Assembly (NCBI GenBank): GCA_026770705.1 | Contig: JANJGN010000131.1 | Location: 310,001-374,000, forward strand | Source of the DNA: Isurus oxyrinchus | Taxonomy: Eukaryota | Reading direction: 5' to 3' | Length of the DNA stretch: 64,000 nucleotides | Shown: in pieces, positions 24,861 to 38,479 of the stretch | Layout of the letters: every line of letters starts with the position of its first letter | How positions within the stretch are numbered: position 1 is the first letter of the stretch | Program-made: the position numbers and the translations under genes | The notes under the pieces: generated by a model | What the model was told of the DNA's origin: nothing | The model's database searches: none | Seen by the model: the letters and a program-made list of their open reading frames with translations, nothing else

Positions 24861-27059
24861 TTTGAACTCGAGGCCCTTCAGTCAAAGAGCGATTCACCAC
24901 ACAACGCCCCACCTGTGTAAAGAAATGTTTACCCCTTCCCTTTTATGGTAAAAACCAGAAGCAGAATGATGGAACGGCGAAGAGCAGCTCAGTGACGTCT
25001 CTGATCTGTCACAGTCAGCGTCGGGTCGTTCTAAATAATAAAGGTACTCTTCCTCAGAGGTTAATGCAGCACAATGTTTGAGGAAGAATACGTTCTTTAC
25101 ATATCACATAAAATATTCCCAGGCCTCTACAGCTCTGGTTAGGCACGGAGTAAAGTGCCTCCCCACCCCCCGCCAGTTGCACAGCCGATATATAACACTG
25201 ATATTGCCGTTGGCACAACCATAGGCTAATTCCTAGAGGCCGGGAAATATATGGCACATAAACACCGTCGAGACAAAATCTTGTCGGCCTTCTTATGCTG
25301 AACCGCGCAAAAAACATGAGAACGATTCTGAGAGATTGGGACCAATGCAGATCTGATATAGACATACTATTGAACAGAAACTCTACAAGCTTTCGCTAGA
25401 ATTTGTCTTCCCTCAGGCTTGAGAGGGAGCAGAACCCGTTGGACATTGGGGCCTCGATGACACAAAAAGGAAATCAGCCTGAACAAAGTGATGTGGTGCA
25501 AATACCGGGGCCTGTCTAATGCACAAACCCTAATGCCTTCTCTGGCACTTTTAGTTTCTTTGATCTGGAAGCTGCATGACTACTTGAACCCCTTATGAAG
25601 ACAACTGCAGATAGTACGTCCACACCATGAAAAGCTGCCTATTCTTTAAGGATTTCACACTGGCAGATCTGGCCTCTTTATGCAGACATGGACTATCCAG
25701 TGAATTGTAATTATTGTTTACCCACTACACAAATCCATGCTTCCCCACATCAATTATTATTACTAAAACTAAAAGAAAACACGAGTTACCAGATTAGCTA
25801 GTCACAACACTTGATATCACGCGAATTGTCAAAACTAGCATGAATTACGTCTTGATTGAAAGAATGAAACGAGGGCTGAGAGTTAAGATTTCGCATCAGG
25901 TTTTGGAAAATTCACGTGTCCACTGGTCAAGAACAGCTATAGAGGCGGAGATTAGAAATGAAGGAAAGAGGTGAGATGGGCTTTGATAATGCGCAATGCA
26001 CAAAAAGTTAACTGACTAAAGATGGTGGTGTAAGGCTGAATATGGGTTGCAATTGGACAGATGTTTCTGCTTGCTGTTTACACAGATACACACATTACTC
26101 CTGATCAACCGATCACAACTGACCTTTGAAAGCAACACTCCAGGCCGGAGTTGTTTCTTCGCTGCAAAAAATGGTGCAACTCCGCCAGGTTTACAACTCA
26201 TTTTGTGTTGCAAAGTGGAGAGTGCCTAATTTCAAAATGAGAATACAAATATTACAACTTTGATTTTAAACATTGAAACATAGTACAGATACTGAGTATA
26301 GTTGTTTGAATTTGCATGGCATTACTAATGATTGAGTAAAAGTAATTATACATTTGGATATTTGCTGGACATAGATTCTAACATTCTGAAATTCATTACA
26401 AGCTGAGGCACCAGGCGGAAACCAACAGTTGTCCTGCTGTAATAACTGGCATGGCGCCTGAGTCTAAATATTAAAACCTTCCAAGCATTCTGGTAGATCA
26501 GTGCCGGCCTGTTTCCAGACCAATGTTTATCATTTCTAATGTTCCGTTCCCAGAACTATACAAGTAATCCAGCATGTAATCTAACCAGGGATTTGTACAG
26601 CTGTAGCAAAGCTTTTCTCCTTTTCTGTTAAAGCCTCAGTTCATGGTACAGTAAATAGACTTACGTTGTGCATATCCATTCAGAGTAATGAAAACCCTCT
26701 TGATCAGAAAAAAAACGACTTTTGGCTCTTTGGTATGAATTCAATTGCACAAGTAAACACTGCATATGTCGAAAACTGTATAAGAATCACAAGCCCAACT
26801 CTTCGTGTCTTTCCATCAGGAAAGTTTGTTTATTCAGGTAATCTGTGCGAGCACTCCGCAGAAAATCCTTCAAAAGGAAATTGGTCAATTACTTGGAAGA
26901 GGATATGGAGCCCAACACATGTGGTCATTTAACGTAACTGACCAAAGCATCATTTACTCCATCAATGTTAGAATCTGATATCAGTACTTCGTCACAATTA
27001 GGCACAATATCAGTTAAAAAGTCAAAGGGTAAAGTGATGCTTCTGTAATAGTATTTTTA

Positions 27060-27700
27060 TTCATTCATGGATATGGGTGTCCCAGGTCCAGTCAGTATTT
27101 AATGCTCACCCGTAATTGCCCTTGAGAACATAGTGTTAATGAGCTGCTTTCTTGAACTGCTGTGGTCCATGTAGTGTTGGTACACCTATGTTTCTGTTAG
27201 GGAGGGAGTTCCAGGATATTGACCCAGGGACATTGAAGGAACAGCGACATATTTCCAGGTCAGTATGATGAGTGACTTGGAGGGGAAATTCCAGTTGTTG
27301 GAGTTCCCATATATCTGCTGCCCTTGTCATTCAAGAAGGTAGTGGCCGGAAGTTTGGAAGGTGCTGTCTAAAGTGAATTCCTGCATTGCAACTTGTAGAT
27401 GACAAATAGTGCTGCCACTGTGCACCGGTGGTGGAGGGAGTGAATATTTGTGCATGGGGGGTCAATCCCACGGGTTGCTTTGTCCTGGATGGTCTCAAGC
27501 TTCGTGAGCGTTGTTGGAGCAGCACTCCTCCAGGCAAGTGGGAAGTACTTAATTCCACTTTTGACTTGCACCAAGTAGGTGGTGGGCACGCTTTGGGGAA
27601 TCAGGAGGTGAGTTAATCGACGCAGGATGCCTAGCCTCTTACCTGCTCTTGTAGCCACAGTGTTTAGATGGCTAACCCAGTTCAGTTTCTAGTCAATGGA
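27060..27700 (-). mobile_element. LINE (CR1/L2-type) 3' fragment
   Basis: ORF 27368..27658 ATRAGKRLGILRRLTHLL...NIHSLHHRCTVAA. Confidence 0.85.
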
Positions 27701-27704
27701 TGTG

Positions 27705-28830
27705 TCAGGGGAAGGGAAGAACAGGATTAGAAAAGCCGGCGTGAGGTAGGATGCTTTGAACTGACAGAATGTGTAAGGTGTTGTGAACAGTTGACGTAGT
27801 GTAACTTGTTTCAGGAGTAGGTTTCGTCGGCAGTTGAGGAATGGTCGGGCTTGTAGTCCAGTTCAAGTGGGGCAGGATAGCTCGGGGCATAAATGTTCGG
27901 GCGGGTTGGCTGATTCAGGCTGTCTGCTGGGTTGGGGATGTAGAGTGGGTAGTATAGGTCGAGTGGGTTAGAATAGTCCAGACTGTAGGATAGTCCTTGG
28001 AGGCAGGATGGGTTGAGGGGGGTAGGTTGGGCTAGGAGAATTGGGTGCTTCAGGGTAGGATACTTGGAGTGTGTATGATGGGTTGGAGGTAGGATGGGGC
28101 GAGTGGGGTTGGGTGTGCCATTCGGGATGGATGGATCAGGGGTAGAATGGTGGAGTATGGTAGGATGGTTCAGTGATGTAATCTGTGGCTGCCTGGTTGG
28201 ATGAGTTGAGTGGGGCAGTATCGGTCAGGGGCATAGGATGGTCCCGGGTTTAGGGTAGGTGGAATGGGATAGGAAGGGTAGGGTGGTAGCATCGTTCCGG
28301 GGAATAGGATACTTTGGGATTAAGATAGGTGGAGTAGGTAGGATGGGTCGGAGGGGGTAGAATTAGTCCAGGGGTATTTTGTGTCTGCGGGTTTCAGTCG
28401 AGGCGTGGGCGAGACGATTTGTGGAGGGAGGAATAATCGGGTGGTGTTTTTTTAGTCGGGTTATTCAGGGGGATGGGGTTGTAGTCCGGGGTAGGAAGGT
28501 AGTCGGGCTGTCAGGAGGATAATCAGGGCAACCGAGTGAGGAATGGTGGAGGGGAATATTGGGGGTCAAGTGGGGAATCGGAAAGTAGGAAATTATTTCA
28601 AATCCCCTAACTTTTCCTGGATACCTATTCTGCTCAGAGTGGTGGAGCTACGTATGTTCTGCAATTCCAAGGCATCCAGGATAATTTCCCATCGGAAGTT
28701 TGAAGTTCCTGTGCAATATCTGTGTAATGTTTACATGAGAAATTCCTGTGGGGGCCCCGGAAGCATCTTCTGGGCACTCCCCGTGCACAACCCCTCCCAC
28801 CCCCACATAACGAATTCGGAAGTTCAGTGC
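27705..28830 (+). mobile_element. G-rich interspersed repeat, same family as 22850-24360
   Basis: Long gggt/ggtagg low-complexity tract followed by the conserved ttttcctggatacctattctgct core. Confidence 0.55.
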
Positions 28831-28834
28831 GAAT

Positions 28835-29110
28835 GACAATGGTTCCCTGAATATAGTCTGCTCTGACCCTAAATACAATGCTCTCTGCCCTGTAAATGGA
28901 ATGATCTCTGTCCCCAATACAATTTTCACTGTCCCCTAAAACAATGACCACTGAACCATAACCATAATGATCACTGGCTGCTAAATACAATCCTTGAATG
29001 TCCCCTAACTACAATGATCATCTTCTCCTAAGTTCAATCATTAACGTCCCCTGAATGCAATCTTCACTGTCCCCTAAAAATAATGTTGATTCACCCATAA
29101 ATTGAACAAT
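28835..29110. repeat. Minisatellite (~23-bp unit)
   Basis: Recurrent acaatgatcactgtcccctaaat. Confidence 0.75.
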
Positions 29111-30369
29111 GCGCTCTCTGCAGGGAACATTCGTCAGAGCTCCGCAAGGGATTATTTAGGAGTTTACTAGAAAAGTATCATATTACCGCTGCTTTAAATG
29201 TTATTTATACATAATTATTTTAAAATAGACTCTGCACAGTCACAGGCCCCTGTGTATTGTACCCAGTTCGGTGAGTATGTTTTTGTCCAGGAGCTGGTGA
29301 TGCAATTGATAACTTCCAGCGTTTTTTCTTTTTGTTTCTTTATGAGATTTTCAGATTTCTTTCCATGTTACATTATTGCCTTTGAATTACTTTCATCTTT
29401 TTCAGCTTGTGATTACTGGCTCTAATGGCTTAATTACAGTATAACTTTTTACAACCAACGCTTTGTTCAAATACCTTAAGTGTAAAAATTACAGTAATCA
29501 GGGATTCAAGCACATCATTAAACCGAGATGAGATACGGACCAAGTTGTGGCCTAAAACAGAGCAATTCTATTTCATTGATTTATTAACCTGTGTTTGCTT
29601 TTCTACATATAATTTCCAATCCCTGTTTTGTAGACTCCAGCCGATCATAGAAAACACACTAATTTAAATCATGAAGTCTTCTTAATTTCACAAAGTTCAA
29701 ATGAACATGTAATTAAGAAAAGACTTTGAAATGGAAGTCGATCTGTAAGTTTACTAAGCTAGATATAGGGCATTGTTGTTTACGTGTCGTCTCAGAGGTG
29801 AAACACAATTGTTACATGTAACTGCTAACCAAACCTCCACTTTAATAGCAATTTCTCAAAATGCACAAATCCAACCAAGAGGATAATTACTTTTTATTTT
29901 AAGTTTCAGCTTCTTGTTCCGTCGCCAGAACTCTCGTTTATAAAAAATTCTTATGTATTTGTAACAAAGTGTGACACATGTTTTGTGATGGGTGTCCTGC
30001 AGCATAATTGCATCGGCTCCAAGACTAACAGCAAATATGCAAACGGAAATGGTAGGTTGTTTGATAATGACAGAGAAACTAACCAATCAATATGGACATT
30101 CATTTTGAGTGGAAAGGTTCGGCTCTTTTAAAGATAACAAGTTTATTTAATGTCAGGAGATCTAATTGTTCTAAATAAACATCAAAGAGGTATTTGAACT
30201 TAATCATTATTTAATTGTCATTGGGCCAGTTTGGTGCAGGTCACTTTCTAGTTGCGGACAAAAACGCCCAACACTTTAAGATTTTTTTTTCCGCGGTATG
30301 GCCGAACCTAACTCTGAACGGTGATCGAAACCTGGAATATTGGCTGAACGGTACAATTCAAAATATGAT

Positions 30370-30860
30370 TATGTCAGCCTGTTGCCTGAATGCTCTCTGG
30401 GGCAGATCTCATGCATCCGCATGTGTGTGAAGAAGACTTTACAGGATCGACAGAGCTGACTGTCTTTTTGTTGTTTCTGGTGCTTAGCTCGATGCCGGGT
30501 GTTCCATCGGTTCTATTTTCAAATATTTTCTCCCGCTTGCTAGGCCAGTTAAGGGGGAAGTTGTCACTCCACTGCATCTCCCTGGGCGTAGCGTCACATA
30601 GAGGCCAAACTTGGGAAAGACAACTGAATTCCTTCATGAAAGTAAATGAATGAAACGGACTGTGCTAATTCATGAGAATTCTGTAGTTTCATGGTCATCA
30701 TTCATAATTGCTCTTTTTTAATTTTCAGCTTACTTTCGTGAACTGAATTTATGTTCATCAGTTGACGTGGTGGGATATAGATTTTCGTCCCTGAATCACT
30801 AACCTTGCCTTCAGATTTACTAAACCATGAACCTGACCACTATTCCAACATACACCAAGG
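30370..30860 (-). mobile_element. SINE (HE1/LINE-tail type) relic
   Basis: Reverse strand has tRNA-like head (gtggtcaggttc..atcccaccac) and internal blocks shared with other shark SINE copies in the window. Confidence 0.5.
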
Positions 30861-31239
30861 CAATTGTCTACCAACGAGATATAGAGACTAGGGTTCAATT
30901 GAAAATATCAAAACTGAGATTGATAGGATTTGGTACCAACTGCTTTAAACTAAGGTGTCCAAATGGAGACATTCTGCATATTAGCAATGCACTAATTGAA
31001 GGACAGGGAAGATTCTCGGACCAGAATATCCTTCTTCTTTTGCTATGGGTCAACAACTTCGGGATAGGATCCAAAATTGCACTGGTAAATGCATAACTGA
31101 AACCAGAAACCAGCTATAGTCAGCAATTTCTGCAAAGCAGCGAGAAGGGACCAAGGACGCATAGAACAGCACCAAGCAGATTGGAAAAATGGTCGCCAGT
31201 ATAGTAAGTATGACTATATTTCAATAGTGTGACAGCAAA

Positions 31240-31550
31240 AAGAATGTGATGCACACTGGACAGAGAGTGCTCCAATGCAATGGATGTGGACAACGTTTTA
31301 ACTAGTTAGCACAGCATGAATAAATAAACGCATCGCATCATTCACAGTGGGGAGAGGTCTTGCACGTTTTCAATGACTGGACAAAGTTTCAACAAATCAT
31401 CCAACGTCAGTAGCACAAGGATGCGGTATACTGCGAAACATTGCAAATGAGGACACTGTAGGACGGGACTTGCTTCCTCAGCCTGCCTGCAAATCAATCG
31501 ATATATTCCCACTGAGAAGAAGTCGTTCACATGCTGCATGGATTAGGGAA
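31240..31550 (+). pseudogene. C2H2 zinc-finger array remnant
   Basis: HTGQRVLQCNGCGQRFN*, HRIIHSGERSCTFSMTGQSFNKSSN, PTEKKSFTCC: degenerate HTGEKP linkers with stops and frameshifts. Confidence 0.7.
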
Positions 31551-32793
31551 GATGTTAACAGTTGTTTCTTCTTCTCACAGTCCGTTATGTTCAAGAGGTA
31601 GACGTAGGAAAAACCTTTCAAATGATATGTCGTTGACGACTGACTCAGTCGTGCATTTCAATTGCTGACAGATGCGTGAAATTTCAAGTAGCAGCAGAAT
31701 TTCAATTATGTTCTTACTAATGATGTTAATCACATCTGGGGTTATTTAATAATCTGGACAAAGGGCATATAAAGCGAAGGCTAATGCATCAGTTTCCACC
31801 TCGACATTGAAAGACCTTTCGAGGTATAACAAATAATTACTTCCTTACTCACGATCTTCCGCTGGCAACAATGACAAATATTGAGACCTGTGCTGCATTT
31901 TGCATTTGGGGAGCAGGAGAACTGCCATACCCCAAGCTCATGTGCAGTACTCACCCGAGATTGGGATAATGATCTGTTGCAATGAGCAGCCAATAACTTC
32001 TCTGGCGTGAGATTTTGTGGCTATCAGGATGGCAAGAAATGTGTTTGTGCATGGTCAGTGGGGAGCGGCAGTGCTGTAAAGTGTGACGAGTCATTCAAAA
32101 GCTCATTGGCTTTGGCAGAACCAAAAAATCTCGCCGCCGAGAGGGGCCATAAAATTCTGAATTTGCCATTACATTTGATGAGTGATTTTTAATAATTCTG
32201 TTGTTCACGATTGATGCCCGTTGAAAGTAAGACACTGTAGTTAGACTCGATTTATGCTGTTTGATAATACTGGAAATGTCATCGTAATTGTCCGGTTGAA
32301 AGTGTAGAAGGCGAATTACTGTTGTTCATTTTTTCCTGCCCCTTATTCCTATGTTTAATGACAAGGGTTAGCGAGTGTGAAGCGGTGACTAGTGAGTTGA
32401 GAACAATGCATGGGAGCAGCATTTGTTACCGTTTCAGAACGCCTTTTACCTATAAGGTATAAACCACACAAAGCAATAACATTGAGGTTCCTACCTTAAA
32501 TTGTTAAATTTTGGTATCCAATATCAGATCTAAGCCGGACTCTCTGTCTCCTACATGGATTTCCAAGGCCCTGGCGTCTGGTGTGGATGTACCAGGACCC
32601 TGCTCGCACGAGGAAGACAACTAAAAACTAACAGGGAGCAGGCAACATTCTTTATACATTGTTAAATTCACACGGAGGTAAAGGGACTCAAAGAAAATGA
32701 CGCTGCTTCCGGGAGACAAAACTTTTGTGTGAGATAAACAGAAGCAGCAATGGATGGAACACTCATTATGACTCATGTTGAATTTTATTGATA

Positions 32794-35020
32794 TCATCTT
32801 TTAAATAATTTAACAAGCAGATTCAGTGGGAATTTCACACCATTCTTTAACTCTTCTCTGAATTTACTCTGGGTCCCTGCATAAATAAACGGATTGATGC
32901 AAGAACTCAGGAGCTGAAGCATACGTGCGATTTCCTCCATAAGAAAATTTGATTAATTGAAATTGGTAGAGTCTGCATAGCTAAGATTCGCAATTCGGAC
33001 ATAAAGGAAGTTTATAAGTCTTAACAAATATAACAGGATGAAACTGCCCGAGATACAGAAGAGCAAAACGATGGACTTCCTTCTTTTCTGCATCTCTGGG
33101 TCACTTTGATTCTCTCCATTGCTCTGGATCCGGAGTCTCCTGCGGGCTCGACTGGCCGTTACAATGTGTCTGATGGTCAGAGCATTGAGTAGTAAAATAA
33201 GGAAGAAGGAGAGGCAAAGGGTTAAAACGGCGATTATGCTTTCATAAGCGACCCATGCAGGTGACGTATAAAATATTGATTTTGAGTTGCATTGCCAGGG
33301 TATATTGTCAATGATAAAGGCAGGCTCACACATAAAATACAAGGGGATGCTTTTAACACAGTTCAGTACACAGACAGTTCCTATCACCGCAGCCGCCATT
33401 TTCTCAGTGCAATATTTAATTTTCAGCTTCTGGCAGCAAATGGCTACAAATCGGTCAAAGGTGAAAGCCACTGTTACCCAGACAGAAGAATCGATGACTC
33501 CATAATTTAGCACAAGTCTGAGGCTGAAGACCGGAGTGATGGCCAGGAGACTGAACGGGAAATAAATACCTATAATCTGGTTTAATATCACTACTGTGAT
33601 CCCGACAAGAAGATCCGTCACGGCCATGGACATCAAATAGTAAGTGATACATTTGGAGAGACCGCATCTTCCTCGAGTCAGTATCACAATCACGACCAGA
33701 TTAGCTGTGACAGCGAAACGCAGCCAGCAAATAGCCAATTTTGGGAAAGAAATTTAGAACATAAAATGTTGGAAATTCTCAGTCAGGCAGCAGTTGAAAA
33801 GAGAGGAACAAGTTAGCATGTCAGAAAGATGAACTGGAGAAAAATATCCTAAAACACGGCAATCTGTTCTGTACTGTCAGCAACACTAAGGGCTAACTCA
33901 AGGTGAACATTGAACGTCCTGCATTGTGACCCTGAAATACAGTCAATGTTGTTCTCATTCAACGTTTAGAGATGGGAAAATATAACAATACTCTGAAACA
34001 TTGGAAAATCGAAGGTTAACAAATACATTATAGAGCTTGAAAAAAGTTCAGCAAAAAAAAAGCTACTACTTAACTGAAAAGAAGATGAAGGAGATGTGAT
34101 GCATCTGAGCTGTAACAATTCGAAGTCAAAGGAACAAGGCTTCACAGCCACGAGTAAAGCTGATCATGCTTACTATGGCTCAGTTTACAGCAATCTCACT
34201 TTTGAGTCAAAAGGTTTAGCGTTCAAGCCCAACTGTTGGACTTCAGCAACGTTGCACTGCCCGATATGCTATATTTCAGCTAAAACAAAAGACTGAGGAC
34301 CGGTCGTGAGTACAAAATCTTACTTAAGAAATAGCTGTTATTCACATTCCAGCGCAAGGAGCAATATATGCACATGGCAAAGTGAGGTAATTGAACAGCT
34401 CTGTCAATAACACCAAAGAGCTATATTTACAGCGTGATAAATCATCCATGGTGCCAGTGTCAATAATACAATTGATTTACATTGCACTGTGATATTAGTG
34501 TGCTAAATACTTCGCCCACGTTAATAATGACAATAACAACATCTAATTACGTTTAGACTGAGAGGCGGCACTGCTAAGTTGGGAGAAAAGTTTTAGTTAA
34601 AGAGATAAAACGGCATTGGCGAAGCAAACATAGTAATCCCTGACATGGAAGTAAGTATAGTGGCAATGGGAAGAAACTGTTCTCGTGAAGGGGAAAAATT
34701 ATAGCCTTAAAGTGGAGAAAAGAGACCAGTAATGACCAGTAATATTGCAAGGAAAGGGAAGGTTTAATCTCATTTAAAAGAAGAATGCACTAAACGTGGA
34801 GGTAAGGATACTGCAAAAAGGGGAAAACATTATAAAAAAACAAATTATCCTTTTAATGGGGTGAACCTTAGAGAAGCAGTACAGCTAAATTAAAGAAGTG
34901 ATAGAATGAAAAATGATTCTGGTAACTGGTAACTAACCCTAATACTTTACCTGGAATACCGATAGCTGCAAGAACGGGATAGTAAATGGCGAACACCAGA
35001 CCTTTTGGTATCCCATGCAT
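32794..35020 (-). pseudogene. GPR139-like GPCR (copy D) with one premature stop; exons 35020-34951 and 33704-32794
   Basis: Exon 1 MHGIPKGLVFAIYYPVLAAIGIP G|gtaaag; acceptor ctgtcacag; frame open through TM6, TAA at 32953-32955, then in-frame TM7/H8 (MLQLLSSCINPFIYAGTQSKFREELKNGVK...KR*). TATAAAT and TGACATCA just upstream. Confidence 0.92.
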
Positions 35021-35342
35021 TTCTCTCATAAGCTCCAAGTGGGCTCTGTGCTACACTGAAAGACTGTTAGATTTATACATGATGTCAGACTCTAGGGAGA
35101 CAGCGAGAAGGTTTGGCTTTTTACATTAATTAAACTAACTGAAAAAAACATTTTAGTGCAGCCGCTGCCGCGCTCACATTTATGTTTTTGATGGAATAGA
35201 ATCTGTTTTCAAGCACACTGGCGCGGCTCCAAATTGAAATAATCAGACAGGAGAGTACGGTCCAAGTTGCATTTTTTCCTAAAATTTAAATAACAAGTCA
35301 AATAAGCCATTGTAATTGTGAAAGTGAGCACTGTGCATGAGC

Positions 35343-35462
35343 ATCCATGGCTTTAAACTCCGCAGGAAAACATTACAAAGTTCTCACTCTTGATCATTTT
35401 TCGTCCATGTATTTAGACTCCGCAGGAAAACATTACAAAGTTCTCACTCTTGATCATTTTTC
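35343..35462. repeat. 60-bp tandem duplication upstream of GPCR D
   Basis: actccgcaggaaaacattacaaagttctcactcttgatcatttttc identical at 35357 and 35417. Confidence 0.95.
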
Positions 35463-35559
35463 AGCCCGTTTGAACACGGATCACGTGTAACGTGGCTCCC
35501 TTTCCCTTCTGGAATGAGGAACCAATCAGTAGCCATCCATCATCAGCCTCTCTGCCTGC

Positions 35560-37090
35560 TTGGATGTCAACTCACGACGAAACGTGTCTCAATTAACTCT
35601 GTAAATGAAACACCAATGCTATGGGTATTGGCTTGTGTCCTATTTCTGTTTGGCTTTTAGATGGATTTGTAGCAGAATTATTGAGCCAGTCCCACTCAGG
35701 CACCTCCATCACACTTTTGCCTGGTATATTCATGACCAGATCAGTATTGATCTCGTTCAACCCCTGAACTGGAAAATGAGGTTACGTTTGCTTTGGAATG
35801 TAAGCTTCCCCATGCCCTTACTTGCTCCATGTTTGAAATTTATATTTCCTTCTGCCACTTTGATGTGGACACATCGGGGAATTGGCTATGGCCCAATATT
35901 CAACAGAAGCTCACCAACACCCAGTTATCTTGAATACACATCCATGCACCTCGCTTACTGGAATGGAACTTTTCCGTTCTCTCAGAATCTCAGTTTCTGC
36001 TGAATATGTTCGATTATCCCTTCTAGCTTTCTCCAATAGAGCATGCAATTACTTCAGCCGAGTATTTCCAGCGCACTGTGGTTGACAGAACCCAGCGCCG
36101 GGCATGCAACATGTCTCACACTTCTGCTTTCACACCTTCTCCCCCTCCAGTTTCCACAATAGGCTTCTCCTTGCCCTTGCCTACCATTCCACACATCTCT
36201 AGTATCATTTGGTCCACCTCTGCATTTTCGAACTCATCCGGCATGTTGTCACTGCCCAATATGCCCAACTCACTTCTACTCTTTAACATTGAGAATGGGT
36301 CTTTGCTCCACTCCGCACTTGTCTCCTCCAAAATCAATCCTACCCTTCCTTTTCCGAAGACCCTTCCCATGCACGCAATGAACATGCAACGCCAGCCCCT
36401 GTCTCCCTGCCCTTCTCTCTGTCCTACGTCCCAAACAATGCTTCTAAATGGAAAATCTATTTGTTTGAACTTCTGTCCATTGAGTATACCCTGTTCACTG
36501 CTCAATATGCCGTCTGCTCTACATTCTGGAGGTTAAATGTAGATTGGTGATAATTTCTCAGGTATATCCATTCGGTCCACAAGTGTGATCTTCTGGTCAC
36601 TTGTCACCCTCATTATCTGTCCGTTCTCACTTTGACATGACTGTGATTGAACCCTCCTACTGCTCCAAGGAAATGGAACCTGTGCTCCAGGAGTAAAATC
36701 TCATATTTCCTTAAGGCACTTTCTAGGCTTTTGGATTTTCCATAAATTTCAACAATCGTGATCACACCCACTGCATTTTTCTTCCTTCTTTGCTCTTTGT
36801 TATTGCGTTGGGAAAACATTTCTTGATTTTGATTCTGTTATAAACAGTTTGCCATCTTTTAGACATTCCTCTTCTGCTTTTCCTTGTTCCACTTTGACTT
36901 CCACCATCACTGTTTTTGTCATTTGATTTCTCCTGTTTTCCCATTTACCAGAAGCATCTCCTTTTGAACCTTTTTCCCCTAAATCCGTTTTTTGCCTCTA
37001 CACTTGCATTAAAACTGTTCCATCTGTAACTTTTGACTGATCTGATGAAAGGTCACATGCTGCCGGATATCTTGAGTATTTCCATCGTTT
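35560..37090 (+). mobile_element. Degenerate Penelope-like retroelement
   Basis: Eroded RT/GIY-YIG-like content and terminal motif ctgatgaaaggtcac..atgctgcc..ttgagtatttcca at ~37040-37090. Confidence 0.5.
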
Positions 37091-38479
37091 CCTGTTTAAT
37101 TCCATTCAGGGTGTTTACATTCAGTGTAGAAATGTGCAGCTCAGCACGGTTATATTCACAGTGCGCATGCCTGGTTTGGCACGGTTACTTCCATTGTGGA
37201 CTAGTTCAATTCAGTTAGTGTAGCCATGTCAATCCCGGCAATAACCAATGTGCACAGGTGTGTGAATTTACATTTTGTGTGGCAAGATCCAGTTCATAAC
37301 GTGTGTGCTTGGTGCTTTCAGTCTAAGCTCAGTCCACTCACATTCAGAGAACACAACCTCCTGTTGAGCTTGATTAAATTAATGATGGAGCGCTCCAAAT
37401 CAACATAGTTATAAGCCATGTAGAAAGTCCTGTTCAGCTCGTTAGCAATCACTGTTTAGTGGAAAACCAGTTTAGGGGATTATCACGCTGGTGTGACTGT
37501 CCAGTTCAGTAAATTGCATTCACTGCATTCAGGTTAAATTGTGCACAGCTGCACTCAGTACGAACAGGCCAATTTCTATCCTGTTACACTGAATGTACAT
37601 GGACGACTTTTTGCCCGATTATTGTCAACTTTGTCCAGTGGAACACAACTACGTACAATGTGCACAGCCCCGGCTGTGAACACTTTCTTTCTTGCAGTGG
37701 AAAATTTCACTTCAGCGTGATTACATTCCATATAGAATAATCAATTTCATTACTGCTGTATTCGATGGAGACAGGACTGGCCGAGCATGGTTATGTTTCG
37801 TGTAGATTTATGAAAGTCTACTCGGTGTTAATAAATGTGTACATGGACATTTGCATTCAGACTGGACTGGTTCAGTTCTGCATTCTTACTTTTAATTTGA
37901 GCTTCTGTGGTTCACTGTGGTGGACAGTCCCAATTGATCACTGTGAACCTTTTAATTTCCCAGCAGCTATGCTTCGTGTGCAGATGTCTTGATCAGTGAG
38001 GTTACATTCAATTTGCGTAATTGCAGTTCTGTAGCATGATTTTCAGTGCAGACTGATCTCGGCCGGAGAGATTTTATTCATTGTGATTTTCCATGACAAA
38101 ATCTAAGTCTATTGTTACTGATAAAGGAAGGTTCATAGGCAAAAATACCAGGGGATGAGGAGGTTCTGGACACTTTGGAATTGTCTTCTCCAGAAAACAA
38201 GAGACAGCAGGGGCACTAAATATATTCAAGGCATAGTTAGACAAATTATTGATCGACAGGAGATCCAATGGTTACTCAGTCTGGCAGGAAAACGGAGTTA
38301 AGGCCAGGATTACATCAGTCATGAACTCCGATGGGTATCACACAGCGTTGACAACAAAATGCATCTTAGGAGAATTGAATGGAGCAGTTAACAGCAGCAA
38401 CAGAGTTAAAAGTGCTCTTCATAACAGTTAATCGATTGCAACTATTTGATAAATTTACGAATAAACATGTGGAGGGTAA

